Positions 28,701 through 41,179 of a DNA stretch of 64,000 bases are shown in pieces. The translations under genes were made by a program, and so were the position numbers. The stretch is from Strigamia acuminata (lineage: Eukaryota): positions 30,194,001-30,258,000 of the forward strand of contig OX442314.1 of NCBI GenBank assembly GCA_949358305.1, in the 5' to 3' direction. The notes under the pieces were generated by a model, which had not been told where the DNA came from, searched no databases, and saw only the letters and a program-made list of their open reading frames with translations. Each line of letters starts with the position of its first letter. Position 1 is the first letter of the stretch.

Positions 28701-31617
28701 ATACAATTCGAGAGCGACTCTTAATCGGTAAAATACGATAATAGTAATAGTAAATGACAACCAGACATCTCCTATGACCCCTAACAAAGGTCAAATCTTC
28801 AGCTGCTGCTGGCAGAACTACATTATTATTCACACGTAATGTGAAGATTTTCTTCCAAGTGTACACAATTTTGGTGCATCAGAGCAAAAAAAAATGACCC
28901 ATAAAAAGAGCTGTTCCTATGGCTTTCCCTTACATTTATTTTATTACTATTTTGTCGACTCGTTCTCGTGAAATTATCATCCACTGCAAAGCAGAATGAC
29001 TGCAAACCCAGATAAAACTTGTTTATCGTAGTAAATCTACTTGCATATATAGTAGGCGCATTCGAAAAGTCATTTAAACGAGTGTAAACGTGTTTACACT
29101 CGTTTTCACACGACATTTACACGAATTAATTCGTGTAAATGTCGTGTAAACTGGTTAAACGGAAACGGCCTGTACGCCACGTTTCCGTTTAAAATCTCCG
29201 TGCAACGAGTTTTCTCGTACAAATCGGGTCTTGCTGGCAGCCATCTTGGATTTTCGTTAGATCGGTTGGAACGATGTCGATCGCAAGAACAATTTTGTAG
29301 CAGGTATTAGCCGCATTCTTGCGATCGAATGCGGCCGTTGTTCGACCGCATTTGTACGATCGAATGCGGCCGACGTTCGACCGACGTTCGGCCGCATTTG
29401 TACAATCGAATGCGGCCGACGTTCGGCCGACGTTCGGCCGCGTTTGTGCGATCTAATGCGGCCGGTGTTCGGCCGCATTTGTGCGATTGAGGCGGATGTT
29501 CAGCCGATTCCCGTTCTTAAATAAATATTAATGATAAAAATAATTAAAATAAATTTACATTTTATAATCATGTTTTTATAATCTCCTGTTTTTTTAGAGT
29601 AAACAACAACAATAATGACTATGGTTATTATTTGGACTAATTTAATATTTACACTTGAATTTACACTGAATTTTGCACAGAAATTTATTTTGATACTCGA
29701 AAATTGGGTCGTTTAACTTGACATTTACACTACCAGTTCCACTGGTCGTTTAGTGCAAATTAGTTTTCGAATGCGCCTAGTGCTCTACATCTGAATATTT
29801 TATTTCATACGAAAAGTGCATTCGAAAAGTTATTTTAGACTAAACAGCATTGTGAACAACATGTACCATAGTTAACCCCAGCAGTACCAACCTAAAAATA
29901 AATCTCCTACTCACCCAACCCGGGTCGTTTTTTACTCAAAGCCGAAAAAACTTTTCCAAAAATGTATGAAAATGATTCTATTCTTTGACAATTTCATGTT
30001 TATGAAGAAATTTAACCAATTCAGTATTTGGCGAAAGAGTACGACATAACTAATTGAGATTGAATCCAAAAGTACAGTAAAGCATCGATTATCCGAACGA
30101 CCGATTAACCAAACAACTATTTTTAATATTTTATCGATTTTTTAGTCGATTTTTAACTTGTACAGAAAATTCAGTCATATTACCAATTTTTTTTTATTGC
30201 ATATTTTTTTTATTAACCCTTGGAGGCATAAGGCTACACGGATTTATGAACAAGCCCTTTCCTGAAAAGAAAAATTTTTTTTCCTATCCATTTTTTTTGC
30301 TGAAAATTTGTGATTTTGTTTATATCATACTGAACCGTAACTCAGGTGAAATTTTAAGTCATTGGTCATTTATTTAATTAATTGTGCTAAATGCAAATTT
30401 TCTGCCCCTTAAAACTCCGGCAAAACTATTATGCTGGCTTTGCTGCCTAAGAAAGAGCGCTTCAGTTAACAGCTTTTCGCATTTACCAGTAGTGTTTAAA
30501 CCAACCACTAGTAAAAAAAAATATATTTTTCACCGTTCACAACTAGCGCCCTCTATAAAATTAGTTGCAAACTTTCAAAAATCGAAACGGCGCTTTAACT
30601 AATTGACCTGAAAATTGTCCATAAATCCGTAATGCCTTATACCAAAACGGCACATTTTACCTTTATGCCTCCGAGGGTTAAATATTTGTAATTTTTGCAG
30701 ATAATAACACCAGATTGTTCTAAAATGTTGTGTAGAAATGTTTAGTTCAAATGCCTTTGCGACTGCACCTTCCGTTGTTACAGCCTCGAGAAATGGGGAA
30801 TTCAATAGATATTGTATTGTTATTGTGTATTTGGCCATTTGGGACGTCAAAGATAAGAATTGAGGATGATCCGTTTCCATAGACGGCCATAGAATTCATT
30901 CGGTAGCATTTCTTTTGTCACATTCACATAAACTTGTTGACAACGAAGTTTGCGCAAAAAAAGAGGAAAATGCAATAAAGGAAAATCAATGCACGTCTCG
31001 CCAATCCAATTCCACTTATGAAAAAATATGTTGAATACCCATTAGGATAAAGGCGGAGAAATGTAAACAAAAAGATACCATCTGTTGTCGAATCGAAAAG
31101 ATGGAAAGTCTAGTTTATCGTCCTTACAAACCACCAATCTCATTGCATATTTTAGACAGTTAATTAAACAACAAAAGTTATTAGGCGCTAACTATAACAA
31201 TCAATCAATCAATCTTTCACTGAACATACCTTCGTTTAGTCACTAAATCAGCTTTGTGTTATGTCACAAATTGGTCCGGAAAGTTTAAAGCGAATTATTC
31301 AAACATCTAATTAATATTTTGGTGGAAATAAAAAGCTTTATATGCACGTGTGATCCTTGTTGACGAACGAGAGCTTCCATTTGTAATACTCTCGTTATCA
31401 GTTAAGCGAGGTATTAATGTTGCAGTGGCGACACCTATTATCAGCAATTTGAAAAACAATCGATCCTTTTCCTGTAAATATATTAATTACATTTTCTTTG
31501 TTTCATTTCAGTTTGATAAAATATTGTGCGGAAAATCAAAAAAACGACATCTTAATAACTGGAATACCTCAATCAGAAAACCCATTTAAGGAGAACAAAT
31601 CATGTATAATTATTTAA
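16763..31617 (+). CDS. Heterotrimeric G-protein gamma subunit, 65 aa, two coding exons
   Basis: Exon 16763-16854 MSQVQAMKKQVCQLRQEANVDRITVSEACE (GA|gtaagt) joins in phase to exon 31512-31617 (ttcag|T) DLIKYCAENQKNDILITGIPQSENPFKENKSCIII*. GGL-domain NPF motif and C-terminal CAAX box. Confidence 0.93.
17560..17853. mobile_element. Mutator (MULE)-type MITE
   Basis: GG...CC ends, inverted arms built of cattttagcga repeats, 9-bp TSD ttggctttc/ttggcttta. A degenerate relative lies at about 12620-12740. Confidence 0.8.
17888..18186. mobile_element. MITE (Harbinger-like)
   Basis: TIR tacta(c/t)gtttaca(t/c)gca...gaatattt. Confidence 0.65.
20716..21272. mobile_element. Tigger/pogo-type MITE; shorter relative at 35023-35213
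   Basis: TIR CAGTCGAAACTCTTTATAACGAA with TA TSD at both ends; internal ttcgttataacga repeats. Confidence 0.88.
21973..22449. repeat. 20-bp minisatellite (gaagtttttaaaggaaattt), about 24 copies
   Basis: Directly visible, near-perfect tandem array. Confidence 0.97.
23889..24704. mobile_element. MITE with a pogo-like MITE nested at 24167-24596; relatives at about 18500-18875 and 25772-26197
   Basis: Outer TIR tactccaaac.gtacaacgttgtcctaactc.tattggttgagccg; inner element ta-CCGTATTAC...GTAATACGG-ta. Confidence 0.8.
25772..26197. mobile_element. MITE with ~50-bp TIR
   Basis: ctatactctgg.tcatcgt..aagagggggaccagttcctattggccgagcc and its reverse complement at the right end. Confidence 0.85.
26411..26578. 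mobile_element. Fully palindromic Harbinger-like MITE, copy 1
   Basis: aggtgcattcaa...ttgaatgcacct; the whole element folds back on itself; homologous to 27321-27480. Confidence 0.85.
27321..27480. mobile_element. Fully palindromic Harbinger-like MITE, copy 2
   Basis: Near-perfect 160-bp hairpin, same family as 26411-26578. Confidence 0.85.
28467..28738. mobile_element. pogo-like MITE
   Basis: ta-ccgtattctatcgattaagag ... ctcttaatcggtaaaatacga-ta. Confidence 0.65.
29054..29778. mobile_element. Harbinger-like element with internal GC-rich gaatgcggccgacgttcg repeats
   Basis: TIR aggcgcattcgaaaa, flanked by agt on both sides. Confidence 0.7.
30217..30677. mobile_element. piggyBac-type MITE
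   Basis: TTAA-CCCT(T/C)GGAGGCATAA...TTATGCCTCCGAGGG-TTAA. Confidence 0.88.
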
Positions 31618-32265
31618 GAATTTATTTTAAAACTATTGTGTGGTAAGTAAAATTGTAATTTGGATTTTGCCATTCAAAAAATTAAGCATTTCAACCTTTA
31701 AACTGCATTTTAGTTTTTCCTTTTCACAAATATAAGTATTTAATATAACTGAAAACTGAACCTTTTATTGTCTTTACAGTTATTGTCTCTGTATGCACAA
31801 CAGCTGCAAGTCCAACATGAATCATACAAGATTCAAGAAAAAGAGCCAGCAAGAAAATTTTTATCACTTCAAAACTTGCTATTTTACTAACAATCTATTA
31901 CATAAAAAAAAAACAATTACAGCTTATAACCTTGAATAATCAAATGCTACAAACAATTTTAAAAATCCATATTGAATTGATATTAAGAGTATACTGTGTT
32001 GTTCATTCATTGAATAGAAATGAGCTTCAAAGATTGTTTTGTACTGTTTAAGTATGTAGGAAATTAATAAATTTGTCAATTGTTTCTGAAAACAAAATAA
32101 CTAAATAAAAAACAGGCCCCGAAAGCGCAGAAAATAAAAAAATCTCCTACGATTGACTTCTGCTTTCGCATCTTATGATCCGTAAAATAAGGTATACTTA
32201 ACGATTGACGATGATTCCAAAGTCAAGGGTCAATTTTAATTGCGACATCGAAATCACCGCCTCAA

Positions 32266-32520
32266 AGTGGAAACACAAGGGAGCGGGTAAAATTTAAAAG
32301 CTTGCTTTTACTTGAAAAAGTGGCTAAAAACTCGCCCGCTTGAGCAAACACAATCTTGCGTTTTGAAGCGAGCTTGTACTCACCCGCTCCGATCAAACTG
32401 GGTTTGATTTACCAGCTTCAAGCTTGCTGGTGTTTTGGTCATGTGACTTTGACAGCCAATCAGAATCGTGAGGAAATTCTTGGAGGAGATTTTGGCGGAA
32501 ATTTCTCTTGTGTTTCCACA
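32266..32520. mobile_element. MITE; longer copy at 57498-57898
   Basis: Shared gtggaaacacaagggagcgggtaaaattt start and about 230 bp of high identity; ends in ttgtgtttccac. Confidence 0.8.
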
Positions 32521-32958
32521 GATTTTAGAATTTCTGCTTCGTTCTTCCAAAATTTGTGTAAATAAATCCTGAAAAATCAACAAATTATCCACCCAAACCA
32601 AAATGCATTTAATTCCTATTAATTATTTATTCCTACATATAAAGAACCAACTACATTATTCTGAAGAAGAAAAAATATTAACATCTTGAAAGAAATAGAA
32701 GAATAACTGCTATGTACTTTAATGGCCTTACGAAGTACTGTTTCATGGTGTAGAAGAATATATAATTTCAATTCGCATTTAAATTTACCAACAAAATTTC
32801 ACATACGGTAATAGCAGCTATTTCGAACAAAATTAGTGTAAAATTAAATTAGTCTTTCTTTTTTTGTCATCGTAATTGTTCCCATAAAAATTAGTACAAA
32901 TGTAAACCTAATTTAACAAACATCTAAATAAATCGCACGGTAATTGTCAAAAATATCA

Positions 32959-35900
32959 TCAAAGCGAAGTTTTTTTATTGCACACGTCGCACACTCGAAC
33001 CGGAGTGTCCCAGCCCCGCGAAGGGACCGGGCGAGTTGTGTTCGAACAGTTGCCGCACACTCCCTCGCCACAAGCTCTGCAATGGTGTTTGGATATTTTA
33101 ATGGAGAATTCAGCTTGGCAAATGTTGCAGTGCATTATTTCATGATCTGGCACCCAGTATGCAGGCCTTGCAGAATCTTTGATGTACTCTAAAAATATGA
33201 AAGGAATACCGTACATATCTTTATGCGACAAAAATTTTCTCCCGCGTGCAATTGGAAGCCGGCACGGTAGGACATTTACAAACTGCAGACGTTTCAAGAA
33301 TCCCTGTGCTGATTTTGTGGTCGGAAATGACTAATGCAACAATAGTTCGAGCAGAGTTGAAAATTTCAATTCATCATCTGTGTGGGTTTTGATTTCTTTT
33401 GCTTTGTTTGACCCGGTAACGGTGAGGTATGCCGAGGTTGGCGCACTCTGAGCAGGTCCTGCATTAGATGCATTAGTCACTCCTGGCTGCAAAGATTCCT
33501 GAACCACGTGAAGTTTGTAAATATTACACTTTGACCGATATCGATATTTTGCAGTATCGCCGATACCGATATTCGGCAACCGAATATCGGCAGATGCCGA
33601 TACCTGCGCCGATATTAAAATTAAAATGTCCAACCCCCACCCCCCAAAATAAAAAAAATTAAATTAAAATTGCGTTTATTAATTTATTCTATGTTTTAGA
33701 AACATTTTTGAAACAGTATATAATATATACTGCTTCAAAAGCGTTTCTAAAACTTGTCGTTTTAGTCTAAAACGATACATTTTAGAAACGTGGCAATATC
33801 GGTATCGGCCACGCCAAAAAATATCGGATCCGGTATCGGTGAATACCGAAATATCGGCCGATAGCCGATACCTATACCGGTATCGGTCAAATACTAGTAA
33901 ATATGCACGTTGTTTACACCAAGGTTTTGGATCTCATCCGAAGCTGTGGGTATAGATCCATGATTGGTGTGAACACTGATCTCGGTTCACGGATCTAAAT
34001 CCGTGTGCCCAACAACTCAGTTCGCCAATCGAGTTCCCACAACTTGGTTCGACGATTGGATCCGTATTGGAAACAGACTGTGCAGGCACAAGTCTGTAGC
34101 TTTCCATTGTTCGCACAATTCGATAACAAAATCCAAAAACTATTTCGTGTATTCGTACATTTCGATTTTAGAATTAATATATTTAAAATAAATTTAAAAA
34201 ATAAATTAATAACAATGAAAAAGAATATTGGAACTCGATTCAGTTGGATCTGATCAACCCAAACTACATCCGTTGGTGTAAACAAGGTATAACAATCTAA
34301 TAAACACTGAAACACCAACTCTATGCTCACCTAGAGGATAATCAATAGCCGATACCACACTCCCCAGAGTGTTCTGAATCACCTCGGTCACTTTCCTCGC
34401 TATGAGTTCCTGACCTTCGGTCGGGCTCGAACTACCTGCAGAATCTAAACATGGAGATGGATTGCTACTTTCAGCCACTACAGCAAAGTGACAGAATTGA
34501 TATGCGCTTTTCAAAGTGAACAAAATCCGAGCGCGGCAAGTCCCGCCAGGCCGCCACCTACCTGTGCTGACGTAGCAGTCGTCGCAAACCCTAACGGGCG
34601 TGTTGCCCCAACCCCTCTCCGGCACGAGTTTTAATTTACTCGAACAATCCTCGCAAAAGCCGTGGCCGCACGCTCGGCAGTGGTGTTTGCTCTCCGTCTC
34701 CTCAAATTCTTTCAAACACTTGTGACAGTGCTAAGGAAGAAAAGAAAAAACAGTAGTGAAAATTTAGTCGTCTCGCTCAACTTACATGTTCGTACTGTGA
34801 TTTGAGAATTCGGCACCCAATAAGCCGGCGCCACTTGATCGGTCACCCAACTTGTCAACATTTTGGTTGGTTTGGCGCTCACGCTACTCACAGTACTGGA
34901 TATGTACGACACACCGTCGAGGACTTTGCGGGCAGCGTTGTGCGTCCCTTGTAGGACCAAATTTCCCTGCAAAAAGATTTTCGACAATGTAGAATATATT
35001 GCTCCGCGACAATTATTAAATACAGTCGAAACAGTTTATAAATTATAACGAATCGCGAAATAACGAATTATCGATATAACGAATACCTAAAAATGGCCGG
35101 TTTGGTTGACTGGCCATAGAACACAATGTTAAAAAATTTCGATACAACGAATTATCGTTATAACAAATCGATTTTTCAGGTCCCTAGCAATTCATTATAA
35201 AGAGTTTCGACTGTCACCAAATTCTGTGTTTAGACGATTTCTTTTCGTTTAACACGGTTTCTTATAAAGACCCGCTCAAGTCAGTAATCCTGTCGGAAAT
35301 TTACTCAATATTCTAATCTTAACTACCATACTGCCTCGTATTATAGTCGGGGTTCGTAAAGGTGACAGCCCCAATTAAGCACCGGATCCATAAAAATCAC
35401 CATTTTTTGCGAAAAATCGGCAGTTTTTCGGTTATGCGCTGGGCCCGATTAAACGCCGTGCTTCAAATAGGCGCCAGGAGGTCTTTTCCATCTTTGGGTT
35501 CAAATGGGAAAATAAACACAGGAAGACTTCATTTGTGCTTAAACCAAGCCAAAAAAAACTTTTTTAACGAGACAGTACGCTATACATTGAAAAAGGAGTG
35601 TGTGTATGATCGTACGAGATCGCCTATTGAGTGTGATTGGACATTCCCTTCTCCTTCTCAGCCAAATCCGTTGACATTTTTAACTACGGCCGCCTATCGA
35701 GTGCGATAATAAATTTACCGGCAAATCCAATTTTAAAATTCTGCAAACTAACTTTTCTAGTTTTATTGCCTTCCTATTGCCACAGTTCGATTTGAGATTG
35801 GTCATTTCGTTGCCAAGTTGTCGGCCGAATCCATTTTCCAGTTCACTTGATCCGAGCCGCCATTATCATCATCAAATGCTTAGTTGATCACGTAAACACA

Positions 35901-38900
35901 CACACACACGCTCATTTCTTTTGACGAAAAGGAAAACCTACAGTATATCCCCGTGTATAAGCCGACCCCACCATTCTGAGGCACCATTTTGCTAATAAGT
36001 GGTGTTCGCGCGTATAAGCCGAGTACGTCAAAATGTTGTGAAATTTAGTCGAATTGATGAAATCGACTACAATTTAGTCGAAAATTGATGAAAATGAGTA
36101 CAATTTAGTCGAAAATTGATGAAAATGAGTACAATTTAGTCGAAAATTGATGAAAATGACTACAATTTAGTCGAAAATTGATGAAATTGACTGATTGTTT
36201 GTTGGTTGGTCTTATATACAATACAAAATGTAACGAACGTAGCACGTACGTTGCATTAGAGGCATTAGAGGCCCGAATTTTGGAATAAATCGGGCGGCTT
36301 ATACACGGGGATATACGGTAATTAAAAAACAAAACACTATTGCCACCTACATCGGGCCAAACATGCTCAATCTCGGTGCGCACAACCGTCTCAACCGGAT
36401 CTCTATTCCCGTACCAAAACTCCCGGCTCCTATAAATAATACCGCAACGACTACACTCCAAAACATACCTAAAAAACAAAAACCAACAATTAATCCCACC
36501 TAAAAAAAAAACCCAATTCTCTTCAAATTACCCGGACCAAGCGTATTTCGCCAAGCCGAACCACGTCGACTCCGTAGAAGCCGATGTTTTCGGCACGACG
36601 ATCATCTCCCGCCCCTCCTCGTAACATTTCTACGAAACCAAACATTAAATTATTCTCCGCACGAAAACCAAAGCCCAACAAACCCATGCACCTTGCACGT
36701 GTAAATCTTGTTCTCGTACTGATACTCGTATTTGCATTTCTCGCCGCTCGTGTGCGGGACACCGTCTCTGTTGTGGTTCATGCTGTTGGAACAGCGGGAG
36801 CCGCACGAAAGGCATACGCACGAACACGTAAAATATTGATCAGGAAACATATGGGGAATGGGCGTTTCTATATCTCCAGTAAATTTCTCGTTCAAAATTT
36901 TAAGTGTGTGGAATATGATGGACAGTTGGCGCGGAGAGCGGACCGTTGAGTTGTCTAGGTGCTTCGATATGGCTGCCTGCAGTTTGTCGAAGGTCGTGGG
37001 CGGTTTGCTCGTCTGGATGCCGACGTACTCGATGGCGCTGAACGCGTCCACGTGATGGTTTAGCTCGCGGAATCTCTGTTTCAGTTGGTCTTCGGCCGTT
37101 TTACTCCCGGCTGAAATGAAATGTGAAATGGCGAATTTTGTACATACGGCGACTCGAATAATTAATTAATTAATTGATTAATTCCATCAGGGTCGGATTA
37201 CGGCTTCGGGGGCTTGGAGGATTTCCGACAGGGGATCGATGAATCTGAAGCAATAAAACATTGCCTTTTTTGGTTTTTTAGTAAAACAATGCACTGTCCG
37301 GTAAAATAATGCATTTTTGGACTGAAAATAAGCATATTTATAAAAAATAAATTCATTTTGAGCTTATAAAACGACATTTTCACGCAAAACAATGCATTTT
37401 CTGGCAAAATAATGCACTTTTTAGACAAAAAAGCATTTACGAAATAGTAGCATGCTTCTTTTTCTGTAAAAATGTATTTTATACACGTACAGTGTACCAC
37501 AGCGCTCTTTGGAATCATGGGGGCCGGGGTATTTGCCCCCTTGTCCCCCCCCTTAATCCGGCCCTGAATCCAACAAATAAAATAAAATAAGATAAGACAA
37601 CAGATAAAATCACTACTTTTTTTCAAATACTCGGTGTGCTGAGTCTCGTGAAATATAATAACAACGGGACCCAACGACGACAAAGGCCCTTCCAATTTAC
37701 ACCGCTCCGAAACCAAACGCAACTCCTGTACAAAATGGCGTACATAAGCGGCGGAGGCGTCGCCGAGAAACTGAAAGAGATCGCTGTGCAGTCGTCCGGC
37801 CCGGGTCCGATAAATGACCACGTCGGATATAGCGAGAATCTAAAAAAACAGAAACAAAATAAACAAAAATAATTAAAAGTAACATTTTACAAATTACCTT
37901 CAGCAAAAGTCGCGTTCTTTTATTCTGGTTGGTCGAAATGCCGAGCAAACCCTCGGTGTCAATCACGACGATCTTGCGCGTCGGATCGTACGCGGCCCAG
38001 ACGCCTATCGTGTCGGACGTGGTGGACGGCGAAGTGTGAAACGCCTCTTCGCCGTCGAAAAAGGTGTGGTTTAGCGTGTGCGATTTCCCTTCGCCGGTGT
38101 TGCCGAAGATGGAAACGACTTTGACGCTCGCATTTTCGCCGGCACCGAAACGCGAAATAAAATCCTCCTCGTTGTCGATCTGAAAGAAAGACAAATATTC
38201 TCTAGTAAAAGACCCATTGTTTTTCCTATTTCAAGTGCGATTGTGTGCCTAAAACGAGCACATTGTGCCTAAAATGAACATTTTTGGCGTAATCTGAAAT
38301 GACAAGTTTTCAGTCTAAAAATTATTTTTCTTGCACAAAAATTGTATTTAATATTCTTGCACAAAAATTGTATTTAATATTCTTGCACAAAAATTGTATT
38401 TAATATTCTTGCACAAAAATTGTATTTAATATTCTAAACACCAAAAATATCTTTCTTATGCATAAAATATGCATTTGTAGGCAAAAGAGTCGTTTTTATG
38501 CATAAAATATGCATTTGTAGGCGAAATAGCCGTTTTTATGCATAATCAAGGCATTTTTAAACCAAAAAAATGCATTTCTAAGCAAAAAATATGCATTTCT
38601 AGGCAAAAATGCATTTAAACAACAAGAAGTCATTCTTATGCATAAAAAAATGCAAAAATGCTGTAAACACTAATCAAAAATCCATTTTTATGCACAAAAA
38701 ATGCATTTTTAACCCAAAAAATGCTTTTTTAAATCCAAAAAATGCTTTTTTAATCCAAAAAAATGCTTTTTTAAATCCAAAAAATGCTTTTTTAATCCAA
38801 AAAATGCTTTTTTTAATCCAAAAAATGCTTTTTTTAATCCAAAAAATGCTTTTTTTAATCCAAAAAATGCTTTTTTTAATCCAAAAAATGCTTTTTTTAA

Positions 38901-39854
38901 TCCAAAAAATGCTTTTTTTAATCCAAAAAATGCTTTTTTTAATCCAAAAAATGCTTTTTTTAATCCAAAAAATGCTTTTTTTAATCCAAAAAATGCTTTT
39001 TTTAATCCAAAAAATGCTTTTTTTAATCCAAAAAATGCTTTTTTTAATCCAAAAAATGCTTTTTTTAATCCAAAAAATGCTTTTTTTAATCCAAAAAATG
39101 CTTTTTTAAATCCAAAAAATGCTTTTTCTACTCCAAAAAATGCATTTTTACTCCAATAAATGCATTGAACAACCCAAAAATTCCGTTTCCTCCTCCCAAT
39201 CCGCAAAATCCCACCACCTAAAACCCCCGTTTTCCATACTTGCATGACTTCTTCATTATCCACCAACAAAAAACTCTTAATCCTCGCTCCCGCGCCAGCC
39301 TCAGCATCCTGATCCTGACTAACCGGCGACGAGTCGATGATCGCCGCCGACGAGGCGACACTCTGCGCCATCGCACTCACGAACTCGCCAACAACAAGCT
39401 CCGACAACGAGCCCGCATCGGGCAAGCTGCTGAACGCATCGTCCAACTCGATCATGGGTTGTTTATTCACGCGATAAGGCACTCTGGTGTGAGTTTTCTT
39501 CTTCCTCTGTCCGTGAATCACTCCATCGCAGTGATGACACAAGTTTCGGTTGCAATTTTCGCAATTCACGTCCGCGAAGTTTCGTTCGGGGCACTCGGCG
39601 TCGCACAACAGCTCGGACGACGGCGACTCGAGACGCACGCGGTCATGGAACAAATATTTGGCCGATTCGTGTATAATGCTCTCACATGCCTCGCACTGGA
39701 ACGACTCGCACTCGTGACAGCGGTAGTGGGCGATCGGTTGGGCCCCGCGACAAGCCAAACGTTCTTGGCAGAAATGGAGGGAAGTTCGGGTTTTTAAGGA
39801 CTTCTTCGGGGGTGTTTTGCTGCCTAATGCTGGTGGACGTGGTTTGCAACTCAT
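32959..39854 (-). CDS. ZFYVE1: Zinc finger FYVE domain-containing protein 1 (DFCP1)
   Basis: Exons 39854-39240, 38179-37898, 37839-37617, 37110-36692, 36629-36532, 36468-36351, 34966-34796, 34730-34562, 34477-34331, 33188-32959. N-terminal Cys/His zinc motifs, P-loop VVSIFGNTGEGKSHTLN, DTEGLLG, and two FYVE domains (KHHCRACG...PVRVC). Confidence 0.97.
33525..33897. mobile_element. hAT-like MITE with ccgata/tatcgg subterminal repeats
   Basis: Ends tttgaccgata...tatcggtcaaatacta, with many internal CCGATA motifs. Confidence 0.7.
33908..34290. mobile_element. MITE (Harbinger-like)
   Basis: TIR ttgtttacaccaa / ttggtgtaaacaa. Confidence 0.55.
35941..36318. mobile_element. pogo/Tigger-type MITE containing a 31-bp tandem repeat
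   Basis: ta-C(A/C)GTATATCCCCGTGTATAAGCCG TIR with TA TSD. Confidence 0.85.
37188..37566. mobile_element. hAT-like MITE in a ZFYVE1 intron
   Basis: TIR caggg(t/c)cggatta / taatccggccctg. Confidence 0.7.
38325..39150. repeat. 27-bp (x4) and 21-bp (aatccaaaaaatgcttttttt) minisatellites in ZFYVE1 coding intron 1
   Basis: Visible tandem arrays at about 38325-38435 and 38695-39150. Confidence 0.95.
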
Positions 39855-40907
39855 GGATTTGAATCTGGAATTAGAGAAGATTGCGTTTTTAGTGCGTTTT
39901 TCTGTGGTTTTTTGGGGGTTTTGCTTACCCAAGGTTGTTGTGGTGAGTTGTTATGGCTTCTGTCGGGGATGTTGGTTGGGTTTTGCTACTTGGTGGGATG
40001 ATGGGAACGGAATTTTATGTTTTTTGGGTTTAGTTTTGGGGTTTTGGTTGGTTTGGTGTGGAGTGGCGGATTTAAAAGGTTTACATGATTTTGATGTTTG
40101 CCTTGAAGAGTTTTTTTGTTTTTGTTTTGGATGTTTGTCCTTGGTTTGAATGATTTGGACTTCCGGTTTTGGGGTTTCCGATTTTGGGGTTTCCGGTTAT
40201 GTCATTTTATCGATGGCGGTTTTAAATGTGTTATATTATTGTTTGATATAAATAAACTTAAAAGGTTTTAATTTTTGTCTAAAATTGATTTGAATATTAA
40301 TTTGAATTGTTTTTTTTTTTTTTGCTTTTCTTTACGATTTTCGTTTTCAGCACCAGGTTTTATTTCGTACGGTGGCTCATACGCGCAGGTTCTTCGTATT
40401 TTAAAAGTAAATAGAACGTTTTCTATTTCGATTTACGATATTTGAAGAAAAAAATATTTGATTTCAAATCTTTTCCCAGCTTGAAATGTTATAAAAATGA
40501 CTACAATCGTTTACGTTTTCCTTTTAACCTCTAATCGTCAACACCAGAGCCACGGTGACCAGAGCCATCCAGAGCTCTTCCACAGTACGGTAGCTCATAG
40601 ACTCCAATCGCGCATCGACTCCAATCGCGCATCAAATATTTCCAACATTAAATGTACAATTTTTATTACCAATATTACACAAATTCAACACCAAATGATA
40701 TTTATTCAACCAGAAAAATTCTTTTTCCCTTTTTTCCCTTTTTTTAGCCGATTTCCTACCACGCTGCATTTTTTCTTCTGCTTTGCAGGTCCTAAAAAAT
40801 ACAAACCAAATTATTCGAATCCAGCACCACACAACAACTTCCGAACCGTTTTTCCTCAACCAGAACAGACGAGCAGATTTAAATAAACAAAAACAAAAAC
40901 AAAAAAA

Positions 40908-40942
<35 letters not shown>

Positions 40943-41179
40943 CCAACACCAACCCCGCCATCTTTTTCCACTCAAAAGCCCAAATCAACCACAAACAAAA
41001 AACCCTACGGAGCCTCAAAAGGGCCATATGAAAACAAAATGCGCAATTAACTAAAAACCATAAAATTTATTATAGAAAAAAAACAAGATAAGATATCGCA
41101 TTTGCTCACATTAACGTGACATAAAAAAACATTACGCTCCGAATCCGGACCGTGAATTGAAACAAACCAAGCACATCAA

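Noticed and set aside
37202..37244. Possible ZFYVE1 micro-exon
   Set aside because: 43 nt would break the frame, and it lies inside a hAT-like MITE.
38609..39239. FGLKKAF/LIQKMLF repeat protein and the apparent repeat tail of the 407-aa ORF
   Set aside because: The ZFYVE1 exon ends at a donor at 39240; the rest is intronic satellite.
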